Part shown: positions 53,416 to 61,039 of the stretch, in pieces | Layout: every line of letters begins with the position of its first letter | Position numbering within the stretch: the stretch's first letter is position 1 | NCBI GenBank assembly: GCA_029941135.1 | Contig: JAPYRI010000003.1 | Span: forward strand, 21,093-82,131 | Direction: 5' to 3' | Source: Alphaproteobacteria bacterium | GTDB taxonomy: Bacteria; Pseudomonadota; Alphaproteobacteria; JAPYRI01 | Length of the DNA: 61,039 bases | Notes under the pieces: model-generated | What the model was told of the DNA's origin: nothing | Databases searched by the model: none | Seen by the model: the letters and a program-made list of their open reading frames with translations, nothing else | Made by a program: the position numbers and the translations under genes

Positions 53416-54390
53416 CTATATTAATGGTGCGCCGTGCTCATCTTTCGCAGCGGCTTTGACCCCTTTTTGCACCTTTTCGAAGGCCCGCACTTCGATTTGG
53501 CGGACGCGTTCGCGACTGATGTTGTAAACCTTACTCAGGTCTTCAAGCGTGGGGGGGTTCTCCTTCAGCCGCCGTTCGGTGAATATATGTTGTTCGCGTT
53601 CGTTCAGGGCTTCCATGCCGACACTCAATAATGCGCGGCGTTTTTCGAGTTCGTCCCTCTCGACAACGGTGGTTTCCTGATCAACCGTCTCATCCACCAG
53701 CCAATCCTGCCACTCGCCATCTCCGTCAATACGCATCGGAGCATTCAATGAGTGATCGGGACCGGACATGCGCCAATTCATATGCATGACGTCGTTTTCA
53801 GAAACGCCAAGAGTTTCCGCAATTTGCGCAACATTCTCGGGCTTCATGTCACCATCGTTAATTTCGCGAAGCTGGCCTTTCAATTTACGTAAATTGAAGA
53901 ACAATTTTTTCTGAGCGGCGGTCGTGCCCATTTTCACCAGTGACCACGAACGCAACACGTATTCATGGATGGAGGCCCGAATCCACCACATGGCATATGT
54001 TGCCAAGCGGAAACCCCGGTCAGGCTCAAACCTTTTGACAGCTTGCATCATGCCAATATTGCCTTCGCCAATCAGTTCATTGACCGGTAAGCCGTAGCCG
54101 CGAAAACCCATGGCAATCTTGGCAACCAAGCGCAAATGGCTGGTGACCAGTGTATGGGCAGCATCTAGGTCGTCATCTTCGCGCCAGCGTTTGGCCAGCA
54201 TGTATTCCTGGTCAGCTTCGAGCATGGGGAACTTGCGAATTTCACGCAAATAGCGGCTTAAGCCGCCCTCCGCCGAAGGAGAGGGCATCCTTATCAAAGA
54301 TTTGGTAGCGGATTTAGCCGTCTTTGTGATTTTGCTCACCGATCGAGTACTCCCTATAGGGCGCATTGGTCCGGGGCGCCGGTTCGACAT
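53416..54390 (-). CDS. rpoH: RNA polymerase sigma-32 factor
   Basis: LVTSHLRLVAKIA, EGNIGMMQAVKRF, RLATYAMWWI, RpoH box QKKLFFNLR, SRERVRQIE; true start may lie downstream of 54390. Confidence 0.95.
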   Translation of the reverse strand: MSNRRPGPMRPIGSTRSVSKITKTAKSATKSLIRMPSPSAEGGLSRYLREIRKFPMLEADQEYMLAKRWREDDDLDAAHTLVTSHLRLVAKIAMGFRGYGLPVNELIGEGNIGMMQAVKRFEPDRGFRLATYAMWWIRASIHEYVLRSWSLVKMGTTAAQKKLFFNLRKLKGQLREINDGDMKPENVAQIAETLGVSENDVMHMNWRMSGPDHSLNAPMRIDGDGEWQDWLVDETVDQETTVVERDELEKRRALLSVGMEALNEREQHIFTERRLKENPPTLEDLSKVYNISRERVRQIEVRAFEKVQKGVKAAAKDEHGAPLI

Positions 54391-54472
54391 TTGGTCATCC
54401 GTAACGTCACGAGTAGCGCAGTTTAGTGGCGACGCGTCGGTTTTTTAGCATTCTGCCGGTGAGAGTGCCAAA

Positions 54473-54501
54473 AAGTTAACATAAGGCACTGGGAAAGTCA
54501 A
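54473..54501 (-). promoter_or_regulatory. Candidate sigma70 promoter for rpoH
   Basis: Minus strand TTGACT-N17-TAACTT. Confidence 0.35.
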
Positions 54502-54546
54502 GGAACGGGGCAACCTGTTATTATTGTCCTCAATTTACAGTGTTAA

Positions 54547-55560
54547 TTAGTGTAATTCAAAACTGGATATCAAATGCAGAAACTCACTCGGCAATTCGGA
54601 CTTAAAATTCAGGCGTTTGCCACTGACCGGATGGTCAAAGCCTAAGATACCAGCATGCAGTGCTTGTCGGTTAAACGCGGATAGGGCCTGAATGCCGTCG
54701 TTTTGAAGGCCTTTTCGCGGGCGCCGCCCGCCGTAAAGAGGATCGCCCACGACGGCATGACCCAGCGTCGCCAAATGCACTCGAATTTGATGTGTGCGGC
54801 CTGTTTCGAGCCGGCATTCTACTACCGAAGCAGTAGATTCCAAAGATTTCCTCACCCGATAGTGGGTGATTGCCGGTTTGCCCCGACCTTCGACAACGGC
54901 CATTCTTGTACGATGTTTCGAATCGCGGCCGATGTTGCCAACAATTTTGCCGACCGGTGGTCGGGGCAAACCCCAAACCAAGGCCACATAAATTCGCTCG
55001 ATCGAGTGACAGGCGAATTGTTCGGCCAAGCCGGTGTGCGCGCGATCGGATTTGGCAGCGACCATCAACCCGCTGGTATCTTTGTCCAAGCGATGAACGA
55101 TCCCCGGCCGGCGCACCCCGCCTATCCCCGATAGACTGTCGCCACAATGGGCGAGCAAGGCATTGACCAGCGTCCGGTCAGGATTACCCGGCGCCGGATG
55201 AACCACCAATCCCGCGGGCTTATCAATGACGACGAGCTGATCGTCTTCATAGACAATGATCAAAGGAATTTCTTGTGCCGCCGGAATGGCGCTCTCAGGC
55301 GGTGGTATGCGGAGCTCAAGGGTCAGGCCTGGTTTGACCCGGTATGACGGCTCGGATATGGTCACCAACGTATCGCCGGGGTGATCGGGATTGGCAACCG
55401 TCACCATGGATGCCTGGATCAACCTTTTTATGCGCATGCGGCTGAGATCGGAAAAGGCCATGCTGAAGAATTTGTCCAAGCGTGTGCCGTCGTCATCTGG
55501 ACCGACCACAATAGTGCGGACTTGAAGAACGGGCCTCGATCGTTCGTTTGGAGTGCTCAT
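54547..55560 (-). CDS. rluD: RluA/RluD-family pseudouridine synthase
   Basis: S4-like RLDKF..SRMRIKRLI, DKPAGLVVHP, GIVHRLDKDTSG, LETGRTHQIRVH, RQALHA; ATG at 55560 is likelier than 55710. Confidence 0.88.
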   Translation of the reverse strand: MSTPNERSRPVLQVRTIVVGPDDDGTRLDKFFSMAFSDLSRMRIKRLIQASMVTVANPDHPGDTLVTISEPSYRVKPGLTLELRIPPPESAIPAAQEIPLIIVYEDDQLVVIDKPAGLVVHPAPGNPDRTLVNALLAHCGDSLSGIGGVRRPGIVHRLDKDTSGLMVAAKSDRAHTGLAEQFACHSIERIYVALVWGLPRPPVGKIVGNIGRDSKHRTRMAVVEGRGKPAITHYRVRKSLESTASVVECRLETGRTHQIRVHLATLGHAVVGDPLYGGRRPRKGLQNDGIQALSAFNRQALHAGILGFDHPVSGKRLNFKSELPSEFLHLISSFELH

Positions 55561-55924
55561 GACAGAGAATGTGACCGAACAACACCGCGCACTCAAGTTT
55601 GTTGTAATCGCACTTGGCTCGCTGATTGTCTTGGTCATTGGTATTATCGCGACAACTGTCACCAACCGCATGGCGGGATCAGTTCGTGACGAACCCTTGC
55701 CATTGCCCAAAAGCTCTCAACCCGGACATCCGGTATTCTTCGGCGACGTGCCGGTAGTCATTCCGGAGGGTGTGCATGTGGTCCAAATGTCGGTTTCGGG
55801 CGACCGGCTTTTGTTGCTGCTGCAGGACGCGGCAGGTGATCACCGGATTCATGCCGTCGATGCACGCACCGGCGCGTATTTGGGCACTTATCGTCTGACC
55901 TCCGGCGACCAGCCAGGTCCATGA
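55559..55924 (+). CDS. Hypothetical single-pass membrane protein
   Basis: LKFVVIALGSLIVLVIGIIATTV helix followed by a beta-rich periplasmic segment (VAVDARTG-type motif IHAVDARTG); stop overlaps the next ATG. Confidence 0.7.
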   Translation: MTENVTEQHRALKFVVIALGSLIVLVIGIIATTVTNRMAGSVRDEPLPLPKSSQPGHPVFFGDVPVVIPEGVHVVQMSVSGDRLLLLLQDAAGDHRIHAVDARTGAYLGTYRLTSGDQPGP

Positions 55925-56406
55925 TCGTACTAACCCCCGCTCACTTGAGACAGATTGTTGATTTGGCTGAAGCGGCGTATCCAGCCGAGTGTTGCGGCTT
56001 GCTGGTCGGTAAGGCGTCCGACACAAGTGACGTTGATTGGCGGGTGGCCCGGGTAGAGCCCAGCGAAAATATGGCGCCTGCCGGCCGCAATGATCGTTTT
56101 GAGATCGATCCCCTACTGCGGCTGAGGCTGCAAAAGGAACTACGTGATGGCGCTGAAAGCGTGATTGGGGTTTATCATTCCCACCCGGATGGCCCGGCGC
56201 AACCTTCATTAACCGATCTTGAAAATGCTTGGGAGCCGGAGCTTATCTGGCTGATTACGTCGGTCAATAAAGGGCAAGCGATCCAAACGACCGCTCACCG
56301 GTTAGTTGAGCAAGCGTTACGCTTCGAGGACTTGCCGCTTAGGACCAGCGACTGGCGCCAGGTGCCCACCCGTCCTCCGGTCGATGGACTGCCCAGCGGT
56401 GAGTGA
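55921..56406 (+). CDS. JAB/MPN+ (M67) metallo-isopeptidase family protein
   Basis: YPAECCGLL and complete JAMM motif HSH-x7-S-x2-D (YHSHPDGPAQPSLTD). Confidence 0.9.
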   Translation: MIVLTPAHLRQIVDLAEAAYPAECCGLLVGKASDTSDVDWRVARVEPSENMAPAGRNDRFEIDPLLRLRLQKELRDGAESVIGVYHSHPDGPAQPSLTDLENAWEPELIWLITSVNKGQAIQTTAHRLVEQALRFEDLPLRTSDWRQVPTRPPVDGLPSGE

Positions 56407-56460
56407 TAAAAGTCTTGATCGTCTTTGAGCCCGGGGTTATTTGTGACCCCTTGGTTCTCA

Positions 56461-56536
56461 GTCCCCTTCGTCTAGTGGTCTAGGACATCGCCCTCTCACG
56501 GCGAAAACAGGGGTTCGAGTCCCCTAGGGGATGCCA
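56461..56536 (+). tRNA. tRNA-Glu (anticodon CTC)
   Basis: Acceptor GTCCCCT/AGGGGAT, anticodon arm TCGCC-CTCTCAC-GGCGA, T-arm AGGGG-TTCGAGT-CCCCT, encoded CCA; 76 nt. Confidence 0.96.
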
Positions 56537-56665
56537 AATATTACAAGGACTTAGAGGAAGATAACTCTGGGTCCTTTCTAATTTAGGCAATGTTTAGGTA
56601 ACAGGCAGTGTTTGGAGGGCATGTTGAAGGAGTCGGCCTTAACATTGGCTAGGCGCTCTCCAGCA

Positions 56666-57470
56666 GGGTCTGTCAACTTAACTTAAGCGAAGTCAGCGGC
56701 AATCCCAGGGGCAGTTCAGCTTAGGCAGCGGCTGTCACGACCTGCCATTCTTCCGTCGCCTGATTTCGGAAAGTTCTGAGTGTAGCTCTGGAGACGAGAT
56801 GGCGTTGGACATTGAACAGATTGTAGATCGGACCGTGATTGGAGAGGAATCTTTGGGCGGAAGCTTGTGATTTGAAGCGTTGCATCTTTCGTTCTCTCCG
56901 CCGTATCGGGACGTGCGAGCTTTCGGCGCGATTGTTCAGTCGATGACCCATTTCATGAAGGTGACCGAGGCCCAGGTCACGGAGTGCAGCGCCGTAGGAC
57001 TTCAGCTTGTCCGTCACGATCTGTGTCGGACGTACACCCTGTTTCCGCAGCAATTTCCGCATAAGTCTAAAGGCGGCCCGCTTGTTCCGGCGCTTTTGGA
57101 CCAGGACGTCAAGGACCTCGCCCTCACCGTCAACAGCGCGCCACAGATACATCTGCTTGCCAGCAATATTCACAAAGACTCCGTCCAGGTGCCAGACGTC
57201 GAACGCGGGATCGCGGCGCCTGCGGATCCGGCGAGCATAGGCTCGTCCGAATTTCAGCACCCACAGACGGACCGTCTCGTAAATTACATCAACGCCGCGG
57301 TCCGCAAGAAGGTCCTCAACATCGCGATAACTCATCGTGAAACGGAAGTAGAGCCATACGGCTTTCCGGATTATGTCGGGATGGAAACGATGGCGTCGGT
57401 ACGAGATTTTGCGCATACGACAATCGTATCAGCCGAATACGCGATCACCGTGAGTTAAGTTGACAGACCC
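56666..57470. mobile_element. IS6-family insertion sequence, 805 bp
   Basis: Perfect 18-bp terminal inverted repeats GGGTCTGTCAACTTAACT (56666-56683) / AGTTAAGTTGACAGACCC (57453-57470) around one transposase; flanks CTCCAGCA and CCGGATGT are not a duplication. Confidence 0.93.
56721..57416 (-). CDS. IS6-family DDE transposase
   Basis: YRRHRF...IIRKAVWLYFRF, WHLDG, YLWRAVD..GEVLD, IVTDKL.SY.AA, NNRAESSH.P.RRRERKMQRFKS. Confidence 0.93.
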   Translation of the reverse strand: MRKISYRRHRFHPDIIRKAVWLYFRFTMSYRDVEDLLADRGVDVIYETVRLWVLKFGRAYARRIRRRRDPAFDVWHLDGVFVNIAGKQMYLWRAVDGEGEVLDVLVQKRRNKRAAFRLMRKLLRKQGVRPTQIVTDKLKSYGAALRDLGLGHLHEMGHRLNNRAESSHVPIRRRERKMQRFKSQASAQRFLSNHGPIYNLFNVQRHLVSRATLRTFRNQATEEWQVVTAAA

Positions 57471-57508
57471 CCGGATGTTTGTGTTTCCTAAGACCTTGAC
57501 CTTCTCAT

Positions 57509-58375
57509 TTATGGTGTGCCGATCAATTCAGCGGCTAACCCGTCCAGTTCGGATAAAATTCCTTCTGTGTCCATGGCTTGAAGCCACACAACTAAGCGGT
57601 TTGCACCGGCTTGCTCGACTGCGTCCCGGTCGGCGGACGCGCGCCATTGACCATCCAAACCAAAGGCGGTGATATCGAGGGTCGAGAAGTCGCGGCCTTT
57701 CTCGGCGCACACTTGCATGAGCCGGCTGACCCCGGCGGCGATGTCATCGGCGGTTTCAACCAAGGGCATCCATCCGTCGCCGTAGTCGACCACCCGATTG
57801 AACACCCGCTCGGCCGACACCCCTCCCAGAATAATCGGTGGGTAAGGTTTTTGTGCCGGTTTGGGGAAGCATTTGACCGCGGGGAAATTATAGTAACGGC
57901 CCTCATGTCCAGATTGATCCTCTGTCCACAGGTTCTTCATGATGCCAATAGATTCCCGCACCTGGCTCCAGCGGTGATCGAAGTCGCCACCCAAAATTTC
58001 ACATTCCTCGCGATTCCAGCCAGCGCCAATGCCGAACAAGAACCGTCCTCCTGAGGTATCGTCCAAGGTGGCGATTTGCTTCGCCATCAAAATCGGATTG
58101 CGCTCCGGCACCAGGCAAATGCCGGTACCTAATTTGATGGTAGAGGTCGCGCCCGACGCGCGCGCCAGCGTCATCAAGGGGTCTGGTATTTGATGTAAAT
58201 ATTCGGGCGGTTCGTCACCCGGCGCGCCGCCTGGGTAGCTTTCACTGAATTCGACCGGGATGATGGTGTGGTCCGGTACCCAATAGCTTTCGAACCCAAG
58301 TTCCTCGGCCCGTTTTGCCACTATTGCCGGATCGGCCCGGCCGTCCGGGCGCACTTGAAAGACACCAATATCCAT
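57509..58375 (-). CDS. LLM-class (luciferase-like) oxidoreductase, probably F420-dependent Rv2161c-like; copy 1
   Basis: AEELGFESYWVPDH, DP..TLA, IKLGTGICLVPERNP, GGRFLFGIGAGWN.EE, PKP.QKP.PPI.LGG, YGDGWMP; RBS AGGAGG. Confidence 0.9.
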   Translation of the reverse strand: MDIGVFQVRPDGRADPAIVAKRAEELGFESYWVPDHTIIPVEFSESYPGGAPGDEPPEYLHQIPDPLMTLARASGATSTIKLGTGICLVPERNPILMAKQIATLDDTSGGRFLFGIGAGWNREECEILGGDFDHRWSQVRESIGIMKNLWTEDQSGHEGRYYNFPAVKCFPKPAQKPYPPIILGGVSAERVFNRVVDYGDGWMPLVETADDIAAGVSRLMQVCAEKGRDFSTLDITAFGLDGQWRASADRDAVEQAGANRLVVWLQAMDTEGILSELDGLAAELIGTP

Positions 58376-58422
58376 AATTGTCCCTCCTATGGTTAAATTG
58401 CAGCGTGATGGGATTTTTGTGT

Positions 58423-59280
58423 TCAGATCAACTCGGCGGCCAATTCTTCCATTTCCTTAACCAGCCCTTCCACTTCACGCGAGTTGAGCCATACGATCAG
58501 GCGGTTGGCTCCGGCTTTTTCAAACGCCCGCGCATCATCCGCCGTGCGCCACTGATCGCGCAAACCATAGGCAGTAAGGTCGAGAGTCGCCGGATCCCTT
58601 CCTGATTTTTCGACCGCTTTACATAGTACCTCAGACCTTTCGGCAAACTGCTCGGCACTGTCGACAATCGGCATCCAACCATCCCCCCAGCGCACCGTTC
58701 GCTTGATGATTGCATCTGTAGTCGAGCCGCCCAGCAGCACCGGTGGATGCGGTTTGCGGGTGGGTTTGGGATAGCAATAAACCGCCGGAAAGTCGGCGTA
58801 CTTACCGTGATACTCGGCTTTTTCTTCCGTCCACAACTGCTTCATGGCCAGCACATAGTCTTCTACATTGGCCCACCGATGGTCGAAGTTGCCACCCAAT
58901 ATTTCGCATTCTTCCCGGTTCCAGCCCGAGCCAACTCCGAATAGAACCCGGCCCCCGGACATATTGTCGAGGCTTGCGACCTGCTGAGCAGTGATCAAGG
59001 GATTGCGTTCAGCCACAAGACAAACGCCTGTGCCAAGCTTAAGTGTGCGAGTGACCGCTGATGCGCGCGCGAGCGCGATAAACTGATCCGGAATTTCCAA
59101 AAAGACATCCGGCGTCACTTCGCCGGGTTTGCCGCCGGGGTAAGGGTTGTCGGTATTGACGGGAAATATGGCATGGTCGCCCAGCCAATAGCTTTCAAAT
59201 CCCAACTCTTCTGCTTTGGCAGCGACGATAGCCGGGTCGGCCCTTTCGTCCGCCGCCATCTGAAACACGCCGATATCCAT
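58423..59280 (-). CDS. LLM-class oxidoreductase, copy 2
   Basis: Same motif set; ATG at 59280 (MDIGVFQ) with GGGAGG RBS; the ORF-track start at 59469 overlaps copy 3. Confidence 0.9.
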   Translation of the reverse strand: MDIGVFQMAADERADPAIVAAKAEELGFESYWLGDHAIFPVNTDNPYPGGKPGEVTPDVFLEIPDQFIALARASAVTRTLKLGTGVCLVAERNPLITAQQVASLDNMSGGRVLFGVGSGWNREECEILGGNFDHRWANVEDYVLAMKQLWTEEKAEYHGKYADFPAVYCYPKPTRKPHPPVLLGGSTTDAIIKRTVRWGDGWMPIVDSAEQFAERSEVLCKAVEKSGRDPATLDLTAYGLRDQWRTADDARAFEKAGANRLIVWLNSREVEGLVKEMEELAAELI

Positions 59281-59339
59281 CGTATCCTCCCGAAGGTTTT
59301 GTGGGCAGGGTCTGTCGACCGCCGCCCCATGAAGCCTAA

Positions 59340-60197
59340 TTACAGTACTGCCGCCGCCAAGGTTTCCAAGCGCTTCATCATTTGCGCCAAGTCGCCTTCG
59401 CCCAGCCACATGGTCACCCGGTTCGCCCCAGCTTGCTCGAGGGCTCGAATGTCGTTCTGTGTCTCCCATTGGCCCGGTGTGCTAAAGCCGGTCACGTCCA
59501 ACTCGCCCGGGTCGCGCCCGGCTTCCTCGGAATACTGGCGCAGGGCGGACACCCCCGCTGCGATGTCGTCAATGCTCTCGACCAATGGCATCCAGCCATT
59601 GCCCCATTCAACCACACGTTTGAACACACGCTTTGAGCTGACCCCGCCCATGAGGACCGGCGGATGCGGTTGCTGAACCGGCTTCGGGTAGCATTTGACC
59701 GCCGGGAAATCATAGTAGTCACCGTGGTATTCGGATTCGTCTTCGGTCCACAGCGCCTTCATGGCGAGAACTGAGTGCTTAACCTGGGACCAACGGTGCT
59801 CGTAGTCACCGCCCATAATTTCACATTCTTCCTTGTGCCAACCGGCGCCGATACCAAACAAAAAGCGGCCACCAGAATAAGCGTCCAGGGAGGCAATTTC
59901 TTTTGCCATCAGCAAGGGATTGCGTTCCGGCACCAGGCAAATACCGGTCCCGAGCTTAATTTTAGTGGTGACAGCAGATGCACGCGCAAGCGCGATGAAG
60001 GGATCTGGCATTTGCCAGAGGTAATCTGGCGGCGGGTCATCTGGACCGCCGGCCGGGTAAGGGACACTCCCTTTAACTGGGTAAACCGGATGCTCGGGCA
60101 CCCAATAGCTTTCGAATCCTAGCTCCTCGGCCCGTTTTGCAACCTTGGCCGGATCAGCCTCTGCGTCGGGACAAATCTGAAATACTCCGATGTCCAT
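59340..60197 (-). CDS. LLM-class oxidoreductase, copy 3
   Basis: Same motif set, starts MDIGVFQ, GGGAGG RBS. Confidence 0.9.
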   Translation of the reverse strand: MDIGVFQICPDAEADPAKVAKRAEELGFESYWVPEHPVYPVKGSVPYPAGGPDDPPPDYLWQMPDPFIALARASAVTTKIKLGTGICLVPERNPLLMAKEIASLDAYSGGRFLFGIGAGWHKEECEIMGGDYEHRWSQVKHSVLAMKALWTEDESEYHGDYYDFPAVKCYPKPVQQPHPPVLMGGVSSKRVFKRVVEWGNGWMPLVESIDDIAAGVSALRQYSEEAGRDPGELDVTGFSTPGQWETQNDIRALEQAGANRVTMWLGEGDLAQMMKRLETLAAAVL

Positions 60198-60308
60198 CTA
60201 TCTAACCTCCCCTGTGGTATGCCCCAATGGGGCAATCGATACATTCATATTGCCTGACAATTGTCAGGATAAGCCACAGGAATTCAAGCCAAATTTTTGT
60301 GACTTCGA

Positions 60309-61039
60309 TCAGGCCAGCAGTTCGCGGGCGTAGCCCTCCAATTGCTTCAAGGTTGCCGCCAAATCGCCCTCAGCGAGCCAGACGACAGTGCGATTAGCCC
60401 CAACCTGCGCAACTTGATTGTGCTGGTCCCGGGTCGTGTACAGGCCGGGGCCTGCAAACACAGTGATGTCGATGGTCGCCATGTCCCGCCCAGCCTCGAC
60501 CGCGTATTGCCGGATCGCTGAAATCCCTTCTGCAACTACGTCTGGTGGGTACCCGGCGGGCATCCAGCCGTCTCCCCATTCAACGACCCGTTTGAAGACA
60601 CGCTTAGAGCCAATGGCCCCCAGAATTACCGGCGGGTGCGGGTTCTGCGCGGGCTTGGGGTAACTGCGCACGGCCGGAAAATCATAATACTTGCCGTGAT
60701 GTTCGACCACATCGTCCGTCCACAGTCGCTTGACGATCGAGATGGCTTCTTTAACCTGGGTCCAGCGATGTTCGAAATCACCACCGAATATCTCGCACTC
60801 CTCTTTGTTCCAGCCAGCGCCAATGCCAAATAAAAAGCGGCCGCCTGAAAACAAATCGAGGGTTGCAATCTCTTTTGCCAGGTTAAACGGATCATGCTCG
60901 GGCACCAGGCAGACGGCTGTGCCGAGTTTTATCGTCGTGGTAGTTTCGGCCACGTGAGCTAGGGTGATGAAGGGGTCGGGCATTTTCCAGAGGTATTCAG
61001 GCGGGGGTGCATCGGGCGCGACACCCGGATAATTCGCCT
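60309..61039 (-). CDS. LLM-class oxidoreductase, copy 4 (5' end beyond window)
   Basis: Frame is open to the edge (ANYPGVAPDAPPPEYLWKMPDPF...), with the same downstream motifs. Confidence 0.88.
   Translation of the reverse strand, partial: ANYPGVAPDAPPPEYLWKMPDPFITLAHVAETTTTIKLGTAVCLVPEHDPFNLAKEIATLDLFSGGRFLFGIGAGWNKEECEIFGGDFEHRWTQVKEAISIVKRLWTDDVVEHHGKYYDFPAVRSYPKPAQNPHPPVILGAIGSKRVFKRVVEWGDGWMPAGYPPDVVAEGISAIRQYAVEAGRDMATIDITVFAGPGLYTTRDQHNQVAQVGANRTVVWLAEGDLAATLKQLEGYARELLA

Noticed and set aside
56614-56665. Gene start GGAGG-GC-ATG (MLKESALTLARRSPA) truncated by the IS6, as a possible integrase N-terminus
   Set aside because: RBS-to-ATG spacing is only 2 nt, the peptide resembles no integrase I recognise, and no continuation is found beyond the IS.
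59305-59316. GCAGGGTCTGTC between LLM copies 2 and 3, identical to 56663-56674 at the IS6 left end
   Set aside because: The match stops after 9 nt of the inverted repeat, there is no partner end or transposase remnant, and it was spotted post hoc; it could be chance.

Overview
Chromosomal window from an alphaproteobacterium (Rhodospirillales-like gene content and order; calls come from motif recognition and gene context, with no database search). Bases 1-56.5 kb are mostly core genes: purE, a divergent DUF465 pair (one missed by the ORF track), acyl-CoA synthetase, DUF1013/TrcR, quinone oxidoreductase, DUF1465/RcdA-like, rpmE, cyaY, an ABC exporter, an orphan MotA/MotB-like pair preceded by Sel1-repeat and SHOCT-OmpA genes, suhB-efp-thiE, tkt-gap-pgk-fbaB, zapA-6S RNA-ygfA-TIGR00282, yebC-ruvCAB-ybgC-tolQRAB-pal-cpoB-tilS-ftsH-folP-glmM-thiD, serC-serA-hisZ-purA, rpoH, an RluA-family gene, a JAB peptidase and tRNA-Glu(CTC). 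Accessory or decayed parts: a 14-bp tandem repeat at the left edge, a 930-bp intergenic region with an orphan terminator, a CtrA box and clustered GANTC sites, a frameshifted DsbA/HCCA-isomerase gene, a perfect 54-bp palindrome, a dual PAS (Aer2-like) chemoreceptor pseudogene with four lesions, three tandem amidohydrolases between thiD and serC, and, after the tRNA, an IS6 element without target duplication followed by at least four tandem paralogous luciferase-like (probably F420-dependent) oxidoreductases running off the right edge. No CRISPR array, rRNA or prophage genes are evident.
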